This document shows, in pieces, positions 10,147 to 19,896 of a stretch of 64,000 nt of DNA. The position numbers were made by a program, and so were the translations under genes. The notes under the pieces are model-generated. The model saw only the letters and a list, made by a program, of their open reading frames with translations. It searched no databases and was not told where the DNA came from. Within the stretch, counting starts at the first letter, position 1, and each line of letters opens with the position of its first letter. This DNA is from a virus. Location: the IMG/VR virus record IMGVR_UViG_3300043788_000169, positions 68,502 to 132,501 of that record; one strand, written 5' to 3'.

Positions 10147-11892
10147 ATGGCGCTGAACCAGGTCACGCTCACACTCGATGCCTACAACGGCGCCGATGTC
10201 GCGGTGGGCGCGGGCACCGCCTACCTGACGCCGAGCGCCGCGGTGGCCTTCCCTTCCGATCAGACCTACCTGTGGCAGGTCCCGATCGAGGTCAGCCTGG
10301 TACCGCCCGAGGGTGCATCGGATGCTTGGCTGCCGACCGTCACGCTGATATCCAACGACAACAGCGGGGGCAACCCCTCAACCTGGTACTGGGTGATCAG
10401 CTACCAGTCGCCGGGCGCCCCGCCTGGGTTCACCTTCGCGCTGGACTACTCCAACGGCGCGAGCCAGAACCTGTCGGCCCAGGTGCCGGTGCAGTCCAGC
10501 CAGGCAGGCTTCGCTTACCTGCCGCTGCCGACCGGCACGCCCACAGCCGGCCAGGTGCCGGTGGTCCAGACCAACGGGGTGGCACAGACGGCCTGGGGAA
10601 GCGGTGGCGGAGGCGGCTCCTACGTCCCGCTGGCCGGCGGGAACATGACCGGGGCCCTCACTATCAGTGAGTCGGGCGCGTCCGGTGGCCTGCTGGTGGT
10701 CACCAACACCCACAGCACGCCGAGCGCACCGAGCATCCAGCTCGTCAGCCATGCTGCCGCGGATATTGCTCTCGGGCTGGATGTCAGCGGCGACGCGGAC
10801 TACCGCTTTGAGATCGACTCCAACGGCAAGATGTACTGGGGTTCTGGCTCCGCTGCCTCCGATGTGTCCCTGGCCCGGAACTCCTCGGGCCTGCTTCAGG
10901 TTGGCGGGGCGCTCAAGGCGACCGGCGGCGCTGCCGCAGGCAGCGTTTTCACTGTCCAGAACACGACCAGCTCTCCAACCAGCCCCAATGCCATTGTTGT
11001 TGCCGCCGCCGCGGCCGACTCAAGCTTCGGTATCGAGGTCAGCGGCGATGCGGACTTCCGGTTCACCGTCGACTCCAACGGCAAGCACAGCTGGGGCTCT
11101 GGCAGCGCGGTGGCCGACACTACGCTCTCTCGCAGTGCTGCCGGAATCCTCTCTGTAGGCTCTGCTCTCTCGGTGACGGGCCTGACGGGGGCCACGTCGG
11201 CCAGCCGTCTTATCGGGGCAACTGCCAGCGGGGCACCCGCCAGTGGCACCTTCGCCATAGGCGATGTGAATATTGACCAGACCGGGACGCTGGAGATCTG
11301 CACTTCAGCCGGCTCCCCCGGCAACTGGGCGGCTTTGCTCGGCGCTTATTCCTTCCCCACCATCTCGCAGCTCGGCATCCTTGCCCAGAACTACCCGAGC
11401 CTGCTGGCCAGCGTCGCGTCGGCCGCCCTTACATCCGGTCTCATTTACCTTCTCCGGATAAACCTGTCGGGCGCGAGCATCACTGTCACAAACGTGCTCC
11501 TCGGCGTTTACACCGCAGGCTCCAGCCTTACCCTCAATGAATGCTGGTGCGGTCTCTATGATAACAATGGCAATGAGATTGGCATTAGCGCCAACCAGTC
11601 AAGCAACTGGACGACCGCGGGCCTGAAGTCGATGGCCCTGGCGGGAGGCCCGTTTACCGGAACGTGGCCTTTCGTTGATGTAGCCGTCCTGTCAAACGGG
11701 TCGACCAACCCGATCTTCGCCCGTGCGTCCGGCGGGGGCGTGGGCGTAGCTATGGCGAACCTTAACGCCACGGGAGCAGGCTTGATGTGCTCGGTGAACG
11801 GCACAGGAGCGACGGTGCTGCCGGGCAGCTTCACCTACTCCAGCAACAGCACCGCCAACAACCCGCAGTCGATCTGGTGCGGGGTGTCGTGA
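10147..11892 (+). CDS. Tail fibre protein 1
   Basis: N-terminus paralogous to 12166..14427; YVPLAGGNMTGAL fibre motif; repeated VSGD..RF..DSNGK..WGSG units. Confidence 0.75.
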   Translation: MALNQVTLTLDAYNGADVAVGAGTAYLTPSAAVAFPSDQTYLWQVPIEVSLVPPEGASDAWLPTVTLISNDNSGGNPSTWYWVISYQSPGAPPGFTFALDYSNGASQNLSAQVPVQSSQAGFAYLPLPTGTPTAGQVPVVQTNGVAQTAWGSGGGGGSYVPLAGGNMTGALTISESGASGGLLVVTNTHSTPSAPSIQLVSHAAADIALGLDVSGDADYRFEIDSNGKMYWGSGSAASDVSLARNSSGLLQVGGALKATGGAAAGSVFTVQNTTSSPTSPNAIVVAAAAADSSFGIEVSGDADFRFTVDSNGKHSWGSGSAVADTTLSRSAAGILSVGSALSVTGLTGATSASRLIGATASGAPASGTFAIGDVNIDQTGTLEICTSAGSPGNWAALLGAYSFPTISQLGILAQNYPSLLASVASAALTSGLIYLLRINLSGASITVTNVLLGVYTAGSSLTLNECWCGLYDNNGNEIGISANQSSNWTTAGLKSMALAGGPFTGTWPFVDVAVLSNGSTNPIFARASGGGVGVAMANLNATGAGLMCSVNGTGATVLPGSFTYSSNSTANNPQSIWCGVS

Positions 11893-11907
11893 TCCGAAGA
11901 GCCTCTC

Positions 11908-12162
11908 ATGCAGATCACCGTTGACAAGCTCCGTCAGATGGCCGGGGAGCTGGCCCTGGAGAATCGTCTCAAGGATGAGACGATCATCGTTCTCCAGTCA
12001 CGGGCCGCGGAGCTGGAGAGCCGGCTGCGCGAGCTGGAGCCGGAAACGCCCCCGGCAGCCGTCCGGGAAGAGGCACCGGCCACGACGACTCCGAACGGGG
12101 TGCTGGTTCGGGACAGGCGCCGCCGCCCGGCCGCCGCTGAGGAGCCTAAGCCCGATAAATGA
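11908..12162 (+). CDS. Small coiled-coil protein
   Basis: 84 aa with heptad-like N-terminal half, between the two fibre genes. Confidence 0.6.
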   Translation: MQITVDKLRQMAGELALENRLKDETIIVLQSRAAELESRLRELEPETPPAAVREEAPATTTPNGVLVRDRRRRPAAAEEPKPDK

Positions 12163-12165
12163 CGT

Positions 12166-14427
12166 GTGTCTCTCAACACTGTCACCCTGACGCTTGATGC
12201 GTATGCGGGCGACGGTGACCCCATCACCCAGGGCACCGCGTTTCTGGTTCCCAGCGAGCTGCTGGTGGATACCACCGACCACAAGACGGTGTTCCAGACA
12301 CCCGTCACTGTGGCTCTGGAGCCTCCGGAAGACGCCTCTGAGGGCTGGCTGCCGACCGTCGAGCTGTTCAGTTGCGATAGCTCGAACCTGAGCCCGTCCG
12401 GGTGGCTGTGGGAGATCAGTTTTGAGGGGATGTCGGGGGCCCCTGCTCCCTACAGCTTCGCGCTGGACTACTCCAATGGCGCCGATCAGTACCTGTCTGC
12501 GCAGACTCCGGTGGCGGCCGCCCCGTCGAGCCCCACTCAGTACCTGCCGCAGCCCACCGGCTCCCAGCTTCTCGGGTTCGTGCCGGTCAGTCTGGGCGGA
12601 AGCGCTGAGTCCGAATGGTTCCCCGGGCCAGGGCTGCCCCCGAGTGGAGATCCGACGGGAGCGTCGGACACGGTCAATATCCAGAATCTGCTGAACCTGA
12701 CCGGCCAGGCGCAGCTGCAGTACGGCGTGTTCGAGGTGAACGGCCCGTTTGTGCCGCCATCCGGCAAGCAGCTCTGGGTCCGCGGGTACAAGGGCGGCAC
12801 GCAGTCCGGAGCCGGGGCCGGCAACAACATCGGCACCGTGGTCAAGGCCGTGGCCGGCTGGACAGGCACCGGGCTTCCGGTCACCGCGATGTTCAGCGTG
12901 CTCTACGGCAACGGGACCACCAACACGGCGATCAACGAGGCCCTGGACCTGCGTGACTTGTGGATCGATCTCTCGGCCGGGCCAGCGAACGTGGATGCTA
13001 TTGCCAGCTGGGGAGCGATGCATGGCCTGGTTATGCAGAACCTGGGGATCAACGCTCCCACCGGAAACGGGATCAACCTGCAGAAGAACAGCAACTTCAC
13101 CTCCTCCAATTTCGGGACCGGGGTGAAAGCCGACACCATCGTCATCCAGAACGGTGCCGGTGTCGGGGTGATCAACAACAACACCGATGGCACATGGGTT
13201 AACGTCCACCCGCAAGGCTGTGCCCTCGGGGGATGGCAGGTCAAGGCCGCCAACAACCGGCACATCGGCTGCCGGGCGGACCTGTCCGGGTTCGTCAACG
13301 GGGTTCCCAGCGGCAACCATGCTCCGGGAGTCCTGATCGACTCCCCCGGCCCTGGCGGCGGGTACCTGGATGCGAACACGTTCATCGGGTTCGGCACCCA
13401 GCGCAACGATGGACCCGCCTTCCTGATCACCAACTCCAGCACCTCGGGCACGTCCCCGCGCAACCCGGTGATCATCCGGGGCGCGTCGCTGGACGGGGAC
13501 TGGGTGAACGGTGGAGCGGGCGCCGCTGGCAAGGGCGCCGTTCAGGTGCAGGGCCGCAACATCGTGGTGATCGACGGCGATGTGCTCGTGCACACCGAGG
13601 ACGTGGCCGCCGGGTGCCCGGACTACGCGCTGAACACCGAGACCATCGGCACAGCACCCGGCGCTCCGCTCGTAATCTCCTGGGACGGCGGCCACGTCAA
13701 TGCGATGGTCGGGGACTTCCTGGACTCGGCCAACGTCGGTGCGCTGCTGCTCGTGAGCCCGCTGGTGACCGAGGAGATCGGCGCTCAGGGCGGCTCGGCC
13801 GTGTCTTTGCAGTACAACGCCAAGCTGCCGGTTAACCGGCTTGTGTGGGGTGCTTCCGGCGTCACCGACGTCACCTTGCAGCGCACCGCAGCAGGCCAGC
13901 TGCAGCTGGTGTCCACGTCGTCCGTATCACCGCGGCTGCAGATCAGCTCTGTCTTCTCCAATGCCTCCCAGCCCCTGATACAGCTGATCAACAACGCCTC
14001 CGGGGATCTGGCGTTCACCGGGCAGGTGTCCGGTGACTCCTCCAGCCGGTACCGCATGGACTCCAACGGCCAGATGAAGTGGGGCCCGGGAACCGCCACG
14101 CAGGATTGCGAGCTGTCCCGCCTGGCCGCCAACATCCTGGGCACCACCACCACGCACCTTGCGGTCGACTCGGCCGGGTACGGCCTGCAGGTCAAGGAAG
14201 GCACCAACGCCAAGCAGGGTGTTGCCACTCTGACTGCGGGCACGGTCGTGGTGGCCAACACGTCAGTCACAGCTAACAGCCGCATCCACCTGACCGCCCA
14301 GGACAACAACTCGACCGGCGCGCTGCGGGTGTCAGCCCGGACCCCGGCCACGTCGTTCACGATTACGTCCAGCAACGCCGGGGACACGGGGGTCGTGGCT
14401 TACGAGATCTTCGAGCCTGCGCCGTGA
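12166..14427 (+). CDS. Tail fibre/spike protein 2 with putative beta-helix depolymerase region
   Basis: GDPTGASDTVNIQNLLN beta-helix cap motif, Asn/Gly-rich rungs, C-terminal KEGTNAKQGVATLTAGTVVV fibre domain. Confidence 0.75.
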   Translation: MSLNTVTLTLDAYAGDGDPITQGTAFLVPSELLVDTTDHKTVFQTPVTVALEPPEDASEGWLPTVELFSCDSSNLSPSGWLWEISFEGMSGAPAPYSFALDYSNGADQYLSAQTPVAAAPSSPTQYLPQPTGSQLLGFVPVSLGGSAESEWFPGPGLPPSGDPTGASDTVNIQNLLNLTGQAQLQYGVFEVNGPFVPPSGKQLWVRGYKGGTQSGAGAGNNIGTVVKAVAGWTGTGLPVTAMFSVLYGNGTTNTAINEALDLRDLWIDLSAGPANVDAIASWGAMHGLVMQNLGINAPTGNGINLQKNSNFTSSNFGTGVKADTIVIQNGAGVGVINNNTDGTWVNVHPQGCALGGWQVKAANNRHIGCRADLSGFVNGVPSGNHAPGVLIDSPGPGGGYLDANTFIGFGTQRNDGPAFLITNSSTSGTSPRNPVIIRGASLDGDWVNGGAGAAGKGAVQVQGRNIVVIDGDVLVHTEDVAAGCPDYALNTETIGTAPGAPLVISWDGGHVNAMVGDFLDSANVGALLLVSPLVTEEIGAQGGSAVSLQYNAKLPVNRLVWGASGVTDVTLQRTAAGQLQLVSTSSVSPRLQISSVFSNASQPLIQLINNASGDLAFTGQVSGDSSSRYRMDSNGQMKWGPGTATQDCELSRLAANILGTTTTHLAVDSAGYGLQVKEGTNAKQGVATLTAGTVVVANTSVTANSRIHLTAQDNNSTGALRVSARTPATSFTITSSNAGDTGVVAYEIFEPAP

Positions 14428-14508
14428 TCCGCTGAGCAGCGTGGCCCGGCGCGGTTCGCCCGCCGTATGGTGGAATGCATCTGCTTTCCCTGAAGCAGGA
14501 GGATTCCG

Positions 14509-14715
14509 ATGCTCGTGGATGCCCGCAGCGGCCGCTCCAGCTCACGTAACCAGCCCGCACTGCACGAGCCTGAGTGCGCGCCGGCCGAGGCAGCCGCGCC
14601 ACGGCCAGAGCACCAGCCCCCGGACGAGAAGTCCTACCGTCCGCGCGAGCTGGGCGACATCGTCTACCTGGGCGATACGGGATCGGGCTGGCGCGGCATG
14701 GGATGGGACTGCTGA
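14509..14715 (+). CDS. Hypothetical protein
   Basis: Strong RBS (AGGAGG) before ATG 14509. Confidence 0.55.
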   Translation: MLVDARSGRSSSRNQPALHEPECAPAEAAAPRPEHQPPDEKSYRPRELGDIVYLGDTGSGWRGMGWDC

Positions 14716-14726
14716 GGGCTTCCGTA

Positions 14727-14757
14727 GTTGACACGTGTCTACCTGAGCAGTTATCTT
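14727..14757 (+). promoter_or_regulatory. Palindrome copy 1 / sigmaA-type promoter, leaderless
   Basis: GTTGACACGTGTCTAC 14727-14742; TTGACA-N18-TATCTT; ATG at 14765. Confidence 0.8.
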
Positions 14758-14764
14758 GTTCTGC

Positions 14765-15040
14765 ATGATGAATCTTCCGGTGGACGAGTTCTGTGACGGC
14801 TGCGGTCAGCCTGCTGGTCTCTGCGGCGGCGAGTGCAGCTCTGCTCTCATCGAGTACACCCCCGTGATCCGGTATGCCGACGAGGTTCTGCATCTGGTGA
14901 ACACCAAAGGCCGGCCGGTGCTGCTCGATCGCTATCCGTCCCCGCACGTGCGCGTGCCGGTCGGGCTCTTCGAGATCACCCGCCACGGCCCCCGGATTCA
15001 CCGGACCCCGGTGCAGCCGCGGGAATGGTGGGAGGACTGA
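14765..15040 (+). CDS. Hypothetical Cys-containing protein (leaderless)
   Basis: ATG 7 nt after the -10 box; CxxC...CxxxC. Confidence 0.6.
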   Translation: MMNLPVDEFCDGCGQPAGLCGGECSSALIEYTPVIRYADEVLHLVNTKGRPVLLDRYPSPHVRVPVGLFEITRHGPRIHRTPVQPREWWED

Positions 15041-15162
15041 TACCTCCCCGATGCTGACACGCTACCCTGGTCAGCCCTGGGTGGTCCGCCGGCGTTCCCT
15101 GTAATCCTCCCCACGCGCCTAGCCGTCCACCTTTCAGCAGCATGCGCGCGTGGAGGTGGGGA

Positions 15163-15498
15163 GTGGTTGCCCGGTCCGTCCGCAAGATCGTCAAGACCCA
15201 GCGCCGGCTAAGCGAGGAATGCCTCGGGGCGGGCCACTGGGTCATCGAAGGTTACGACGTGCACCGGGCGACCGGCTCGGGCTCGGTCAAGCGGTGGCTC
15301 ATAGACGATCCCGGCGGTAACAGGGTCGGACAGCCGGCCACACTTGGACAGGCACGGCAAATGATCAGAGATCTGCTGGGGGAGTTACGTGGTGTTGGCA
15401 GCGCTGACCATCTACAGCCTCATCGGCGGTACGATGGTGTTCTTTGTGTGGGCAGGTCTCACCGGCCAGCTGCCGTATCTGTTCGGCGCCAGTCCTGA
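15163..15498 (+). CDS. Hypothetical protein
   Basis: GGAGGTGG RBS before GTG 15163; overlaps next ORF. Confidence 0.45.
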   Translation: MVARSVRKIVKTQRRLSEECLGAGHWVIEGYDVHRATGSGSVKRWLIDDPGGNRVGQPATLGQARQMIRDLLGELRGVGSADHLQPHRRYDGVLCVGRSHRPAAVSVRRQS

Positions 15499-15694
15499 AC
15501 GCAGAGAGCGTCGCCGGCGCTACCGGCAGGTGATGCGCTGCCGCACCATCCGGGCTCAGTCGGCCATGCTCCAGGAGGCGTGCCCGGAAGACCACGGCAA
15601 CGGCCATGTGGTGCTGTGGGCCGACCACAGGCCCTCCGCGGTCCGGCTTGATCTGCTGTGGGGCCTGTTCACCTTCACCCGCGATCCAAGTTGA
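15389..15694 (+). CDS. Hypothetical membrane protein
   Basis: N-terminal hydrophobic helix; GGGGAG upstream. Confidence 0.5.
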   Translation: MVLAALTIYSLIGGTMVFFVWAGLTGQLPYLFGASPERRERRRRYRQVMRCRTIRAQSAMLQEACPEDHGNGHVVLWADHRPSAVRLDLLWGLFTFTRDPS

Positions 15695-15720
15695 CACGTG
15701 TCTACCACTCTAAGTAGGCT
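15690..15720 (+). promoter_or_regulatory. Palindrome copy 2 / promoter, leaderless
   Basis: GTTGACACGTGTCTAC 15690-15705; TTGACA-N18-TAGGCT; ATG at 15727. Confidence 0.8.
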
Positions 15721-15726
15721 TGGGGC

Positions 15727-15993
15727 ATGGGTCATCAGATAATCAAGTGCCCGGACGGCACGCTGGCGGTCTTCTCGAACAATGTGGATTCGTGGGTGCT
15801 GACGAATGCCACGCCGGGGGAGCTGCTGGACTACTACGCTGAGAAGGCCGCTAAGCAGGCGCGGGAAGACACTCAGCGGGTTCTGGATGCCGTCCTGGCT
15901 GGTGAGCCCCGCAGGGTGTACTGCCAGTTCACCATGACCTTTGACGAGGCTGATAAGGCCAGCGTCGAGCACGGCGGGGAGTCCCTGAAGTGA
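15727..15993 (+). CDS. Hypothetical protein (leaderless)
   Basis: ATG 6 nt after -10; first of a coupled operon. Confidence 0.7.
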   Translation: MGHQIIKCPDGTLAVFSNNVDSWVLTNATPGELLDYYAEKAAKQAREDTQRVLDAVLAGEPRRVYCQFTMTFDEADKASVEHGGESLK

Positions 15994-16181
15994 CCCAGGA
16001 CGGCCACTGCCGGCAGCCGGAGTGCACGGCCACCTACGGCCGGCACAAGTGGGGGCAGATCAAGGCACACAATGAGGGCTGGTTTTTCCCGAAGGACAAC
16101 AAGCCCGGCGCCTGGTGCCCGGCGCACCTGCCCGAGTGGGTGCCGGACTGGCGCGCTCGCAAGTCGGCGGCCCGCGGATGA
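15990..16181 (+). CDS. Small Cys/His protein
   Basis: GTGA coupling; C..PEC...WCPAH. Confidence 0.6.
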   Translation: MTQDGHCRQPECTATYGRHKWGQIKAHNEGWFFPKDNKPGAWCPAHLPEWVPDWRARKSAARG

Positions 16182-16441
16182 ACCGGGTCCAGCTTGATCA
16201 GCAGGCCGAGCTGCTGGCCGAGGAGCTGTGGCGTGAGCTTGCCGGGCAGACGATGAAGAAATGGATGCTGCTCACGGGTGAGATGGTCGCTACCCCGGAG
16301 TGGGAGGCGTTCCGGGCCAAGGTCTTCGTCAGAGTAGAGAGCAGGATGAACAACTGGCTGCCCGCCGTCGAGGAGCTGCCCAACGGCCAGGCGCTGTCTG
16401 AGCCGGTCCCAGAGGGCCGCAGGCGCCGGGGGCGGATGTGA
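16178..16441 (+). CDS. Hypothetical protein
   Basis: ATGA coupling at 16178 (MNRVQLD...). Confidence 0.55.
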   Translation: MNRVQLDQQAELLAEELWRELAGQTMKKWMLLTGEMVATPEWEAFRAKVFVRVESRMNNWLPAVEELPNGQALSEPVPEGRRRRGRM

Positions 16442-16758
16442 GCGTCTACCTCATCCACTTCGAGCGCCCGTTTGGACCTGAAGGCGCTCCAGCGGGCAGC
16501 ACGGCCCAGCACTACATCGGCAGCTCGCCCGAGTACCGGCTGCAGGCACGTATCCGCGAGGAGCTGTCCGGCTGTGCGGCCGCCGCAGTGATCATGCAGC
16601 ACGTTATTGCCGCGGGCATCGCGTGCGAGGTGGTGCGGACATGGCCCGGCGGCCGCAAGCGCGAGCGCCAGATCAAGGAACAGGGAAGCGCCCGGAGGGT
16701 GTGCCCGGCATGCGGGGTCAATCCGGGCAAGGGCTGGACGGTCAGGAGCGTGAAATGA
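16438..16758 (+). CDS. GIY-YIG-like endonuclease
   Basis: VYLIHF...HYIGS...R...ER.IK...CPAC pattern. Confidence 0.7.
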   Translation: MSVYLIHFERPFGPEGAPAGSTAQHYIGSSPEYRLQARIREELSGCAAAAVIMQHVIAAGIACEVVRTWPGGRKRERQIKEQGSARRVCPACGVNPGKGWTVRSVK

Positions 16759-16891
16759 TCACTGTTCTCGTGGCGTGCGCGATCGGGCTGGTCCTTGCCG
16801 GGGGCATCTTCTGGTTTGCGTGGTGGACGACTGAGCCGCTTCGGGGCTACATGATTACCCGCGGCTGGCCGGCCGACCGGGTGCGCCGCCC

Positions 16892-17152
16892 GTGAAGGTC
16901 ATCGACATCAGCTGGCACGAGCGGGCCCGCTGCAAGGATGCCGACCCCGATCTGTTCTTCACCAAGACTGGCAAGCATGCGGATGAGGCCAAGGCCCTGT
17001 GCCGCGCCTGCCCGGTCCGGACGCCGTGCCTGGAGGAAGCCCTGAAGCTGTCTTCCACGCGCGACTACGGGATCAGGGGCGGGCTGTCGCAGAGAGAGCG
17101 GCAGGCAATAAGAAAGGCCCGGCGCGCGGCCGAGACCAGACTCTCAGCTTAA
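16892..17152 (+). CDS. whiB: WhiB-family Fe-S transcription factor
   Basis: W...A.C...DPDLFF...AKALC.ACPVR..CL...GIRGGLS..ER; four Cys. Confidence 0.92.
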   Translation: MKVIDISWHERARCKDADPDLFFTKTGKHADEAKALCRACPVRTPCLEEALKLSSTRDYGIRGGLSQRERQAIRKARRAAETRLSA

Positions 17153-17186
17153 CACGCCCGTACGTGCAGGTCAGGAGCATAAATAT

Positions 17187-17220
17187 GTGGCCCGCCCGGC
17201 ATAGCGCCCAGGCGGGCCAC
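17187..17220. terminator. Hairpin between convergent operons
   Basis: GTGGCCCGCC / GGCGGGCCAC inverted repeat. Confidence 0.6.
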
Positions 17221-17336
17221 GAGCTTAGCGTGAGTGCTGTAGTCGATGGTGACGGGGATCTGGTGCAGTTCCCACGTCGGTGCAGCCGAGGAGGTGAGTC
17301 AGGCGGGCAGTTTGGCCGCTGCCCGCCTGGCAAGCC

Positions 17337-17981
17337 CTACTTCAGCAGGCGAGCTACTGTCGTCAGGCTCGTGGTTCTCTCAAGCTGGGACAGCTTCTCC
17401 AGCCGTGCGATGATCAGCGCCAGCTCGTCCAGCTTGAAGCTCATCCGGTCGTCGTGGCGGTAGTCCCTCAGCACCTCGATGCCCAGCACTTCCAGGCGCG
17501 CTGAGAGGTCGTCGCGCTGGAGCTGGAGCCGGTTGCGTGCCGCGGTGGCTTCCTCCCGCTGGCGCCGGTCGTTGTCTTTCTGCCGGGCCATCTGCTGCAT
17601 CACCTCGTCGTAGAGCCCGATGACCGAGGCCATCCGGGTCAGCAGGGTGAGGTAGATCCCGGCGTCAGCGTGCTGCTGCGTCAGCCCCGTGGTGATCGCG
17701 ATCGGCTTGATCCTCATCATCGTGGCGATCTGGTCTGGCAGGGCGTTCTGGCGCCCGATCAGCACCGGGTAGCCGACCGCAGGGGAATAGGTGGGCCGCC
17801 CGGCTGCCGGTTTGGTGTAGCCTGCGTCGCCGCCCGGCAGATATGCGGGATCGGAGGGCAGGTCGCCGCGCCACCTCTGGCGGTAGAGCGTGCTGGACAG
17901 AAACACCAGCGGCTGTGGGTGACTCCACGATCGGTTCTGGTAGGCGTAGACGATGCCTAGTTTGATGTCCTGTTTCCTCAT
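17337..17981 (-). CDS. Hypothetical protein with C-terminal coiled coil
   Basis: ATGA coupling within a leftward operon. Confidence 0.65.
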   Translation of the reverse strand: MRKQDIKLGIVYAYQNRSWSHPQPLVFLSSTLYRQRWRGDLPSDPAYLPGGDAGYTKPAAGRPTYSPAVGYPVLIGRQNALPDQIATMMRIKPIAITTGLTQQHADAGIYLTLLTRMASVIGLYDEVMQQMARQKDNDRRQREEATAARNRLQLQRDDLSARLEVLGIEVLRDYRHDDRMSFKLDELALIIARLEKLSQLERTTSLTTVARLLK

Positions 17982-18472
17982 CGCTGGAAGTCCTCCGCTT
18001 GGCGGATCAGCAGCACCAGATCGCCGGGGCCGAGAGTGAGCGGGTATCCACGGCCACCATTCGGGTGGGTGCCGAGCAGCACGAGGTGGTCATAGATCCA
18101 CTCCCACCCCTCCCTGATCGCCTGTGCTGTCGTGGCCTGTTCGGCCGCGTCTTTGCACGCTTTCTCCCACGCGAGCGGGGTGAAGTACCAGACCTCGTTG
18201 GTTGGGCTGCGGTCGTATGGGTCCTTGTCGTTCTTCCCGACCTTGCGCACGGTGCCGTCGGCTGTGAGCTTGGCCATTGCCCGGGTGACCTGACCCTGGA
18301 AGGCGACGACCGCCCGCTGCTCGGCCCCGGTGCGGGCGTGTGCGTAGTCGTCCCAGAGGCCCATTCCCTGAGCGACGGCTTGTGTTGCCTCGTAGGACGC
18401 CACCCGCTGGTTGGTGGCTGCGATGTACTTGCGCGCAGCGTCCAGGACCGCGGCTGCTGTGACCTGGATCAT
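17978..18472 (-). CDS. Hypothetical protein, possible winged helix
   Basis: VTRAMAKLTADGTVRKVG...WYF; coupled. Confidence 0.6.
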   Translation of the reverse strand: MIQVTAAAVLDAARKYIAATNQRVASYEATQAVAQGMGLWDDYAHARTGAEQRAVVAFQGQVTRAMAKLTADGTVRKVGKNDKDPYDRSPTNEVWYFTPLAWEKACKDAAEQATTAQAIREGWEWIYDHLVLLGTHPNGGRGYPLTLGPGDLVLLIRQAEDFQR

Positions 18473-18798
18473 GATCGCCCCACCGAAGTCACCGTGAAAG
18501 AGTTGGCCACCACCGGCTTGATCACCATCTCCTCGCCTTTCGGCACGGTCGCCCGGATGCTGAGTTCCCCGTCTTTCAGCTCGACGTCGAACGACGTCCC
18601 TTCGTGCTTGTGGCCGAACCGCACCATCACGCCGGAGCCGAGAGGCCGGGGGGTGTCGGAGAACGGGTCAGCTACGGTGTCGCTGTCCTCGGGGCCGGCC
18701 GTGAGCTTGGTCTGTGTGGCTGCGAGACGGTTCTCCAGAAGTGCGACGTGTTGCTGTACCCATGCGGGCAGCTTGCTGGTGTTGCGTGTCTGGTTCAT
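18469..18798 (-). CDS. Hypothetical protein
   Basis: GGAGG RBS; SKLPAWVQQHV..LE N-terminus. Confidence 0.65.
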   Translation of the reverse strand: MNQTRNTSKLPAWVQQHVALLENRLAATQTKLTAGPEDSDTVADPFSDTPRPLGSGVMVRFGHKHEGTSFDVELKDGELSIRATVPKGEEMVIKPVVANSFTVTSVGRS

Positions 18799-18807
18799 CG
18801 TTGCCTC

Positions 18808-19149
18808 CTAGTTCTGCTCTTCCAGCAGGTCGGCCCACCGTCCGGTGAACTCCTCGACTGCGGCGTCCACGATCGGCCACGCCCAGTGCGGGTAGTTGCC
18901 GGGCCCGTAGAAGGGCTCCCTGACCTCTCGTGTGCCCACGGTGCCGTCCTGCTTGATCACGTGGCTGTAGAAGTTGCCGCCGAAGATGCGCCAGGCGTTG
19001 CCGCCCTGGTAGCGCAGCTCGATGCGGATGCTGTGCGCGCGCAGCGTCCAGGGGTTGTACTTGTGCTGGTAGTCCGGCCAGTCGTCCTCGGGCCCGCGCT
19101 CGACGGTGATGTTGCCTCTTGCGTGAGCGCCCATCATGATCTTTGGCAT
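18808..19149 (-). CDS. Hypothetical protein
   Basis: GGAGG RBS; operon packing. Confidence 0.65.
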   Translation of the reverse strand: MPKIMMGAHARGNITVERGPEDDWPDYQHKYNPWTLRAHSIRIELRYQGGNAWRIFGGNFYSHVIKQDGTVGTREVREPFYGPGNYPHWAWPIVDAAVEEFTGRWADLLEEQN

Positions 19150-19590
19150 TTATGCCTCCTCCTGGAGCTTGGCCAGCCCGGCGTCGGTGAGCCCGTACTG
19201 GAGCCGGTGCATTGTGGGTGTTCCGAAAGACCGCACCGTGCTGTCGAGCAGGCCGAGGCGCACCAGCCTCTGGGCCAAGCCCGCCATTCTGGCCGGGGTG
19301 CTCTCCAGCGCTTCCGCGAGCATGACGTGTGTGGTGGCACCCTCGTGCACGGCGTTGAGCACCGTCCACAGGCCGTCGGCCATCCGCCTGTCCCGCTCGG
19401 CGGGCAGCAGCGTTGCGTAGATGTCGTGCTGGTCTGTGCGAGCCTGCTCCAGCACCTGCTGCAGTGCGTCGATGTTCCTGACCTTGATCATTTCGGCCTC
19501 GTCGGCCGCGAGGATCCACACCCGGCCCTGGTCGTCCACGCCGATCTGCGCGTCCGACTCGGGTACGTCGTAGGTGATTCGCATGTCCAT
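19150..19590 (-). CDS. Winged-helix (MarR/PadR-like) DNA-binding protein
   Basis: C-terminal VLNAV..G..T...LAEAL...LVRLGLL...YGLTDAG wHTH pattern. Confidence 0.7.
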   Translation of the reverse strand: MDMRITYDVPESDAQIGVDDQGRVWILAADEAEMIKVRNIDALQQVLEQARTDQHDIYATLLPAERDRRMADGLWTVLNAVHEGATTHVMLAEALESTPARMAGLAQRLVRLGLLDSTVRSFGTPTMHRLQYGLTDAGLAKLQEEA

Positions 19591-19596
19591 AGGTGA

Positions 19597-19863
19597 TCAG
19601 CTCCCGTCACGCATCGCTGCGCGGATCTGGCGCCAGCGAACGACGTCGACCCGGCCGGCCCAGACCACCATGTTGGGGTGCTCGGGCACGATGTCTGTGT
19701 CGTTGTTGCGCTGCTCTGGTTCTGGTACCCGCAGTGTGGCGGGCGTGGCATCGCAGACTGGGCAGCATGGTCCAGGACGCACCCGGCCGCGGAGGTGGTC
19801 CCACTGCAGGCCGGTGCCCTTGCACGGCTGTGCCTGCAGCGGGTCTGTGTTCGGCACGGTCAT
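19597..19863 (-). CDS. Hypothetical Cys-containing protein
   Basis: Preceded by conserved leader AGCCCAGAGAACGGAGG. Confidence 0.6.
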   Translation of the reverse strand: MTVPNTDPLQAQPCKGTGLQWDHLRGRVRPGPCCPVCDATPATLRVPEPEQRNNDTDIVPEHPNMVVWAGRVDVVRWRQIRAAMRDGS

Positions 19864-19896
19864 CTTTCAGCCTCCGTTCTCTGGGCTAGTGCTCAT

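Noticed and set aside
14509-14715. Possible lasso/RiPP precursor (YRPRELG...GDTGSGWRGMGWDC)
   Set aside because: Leader does not fit YxxPxL...T and no maturation enzymes are in the window
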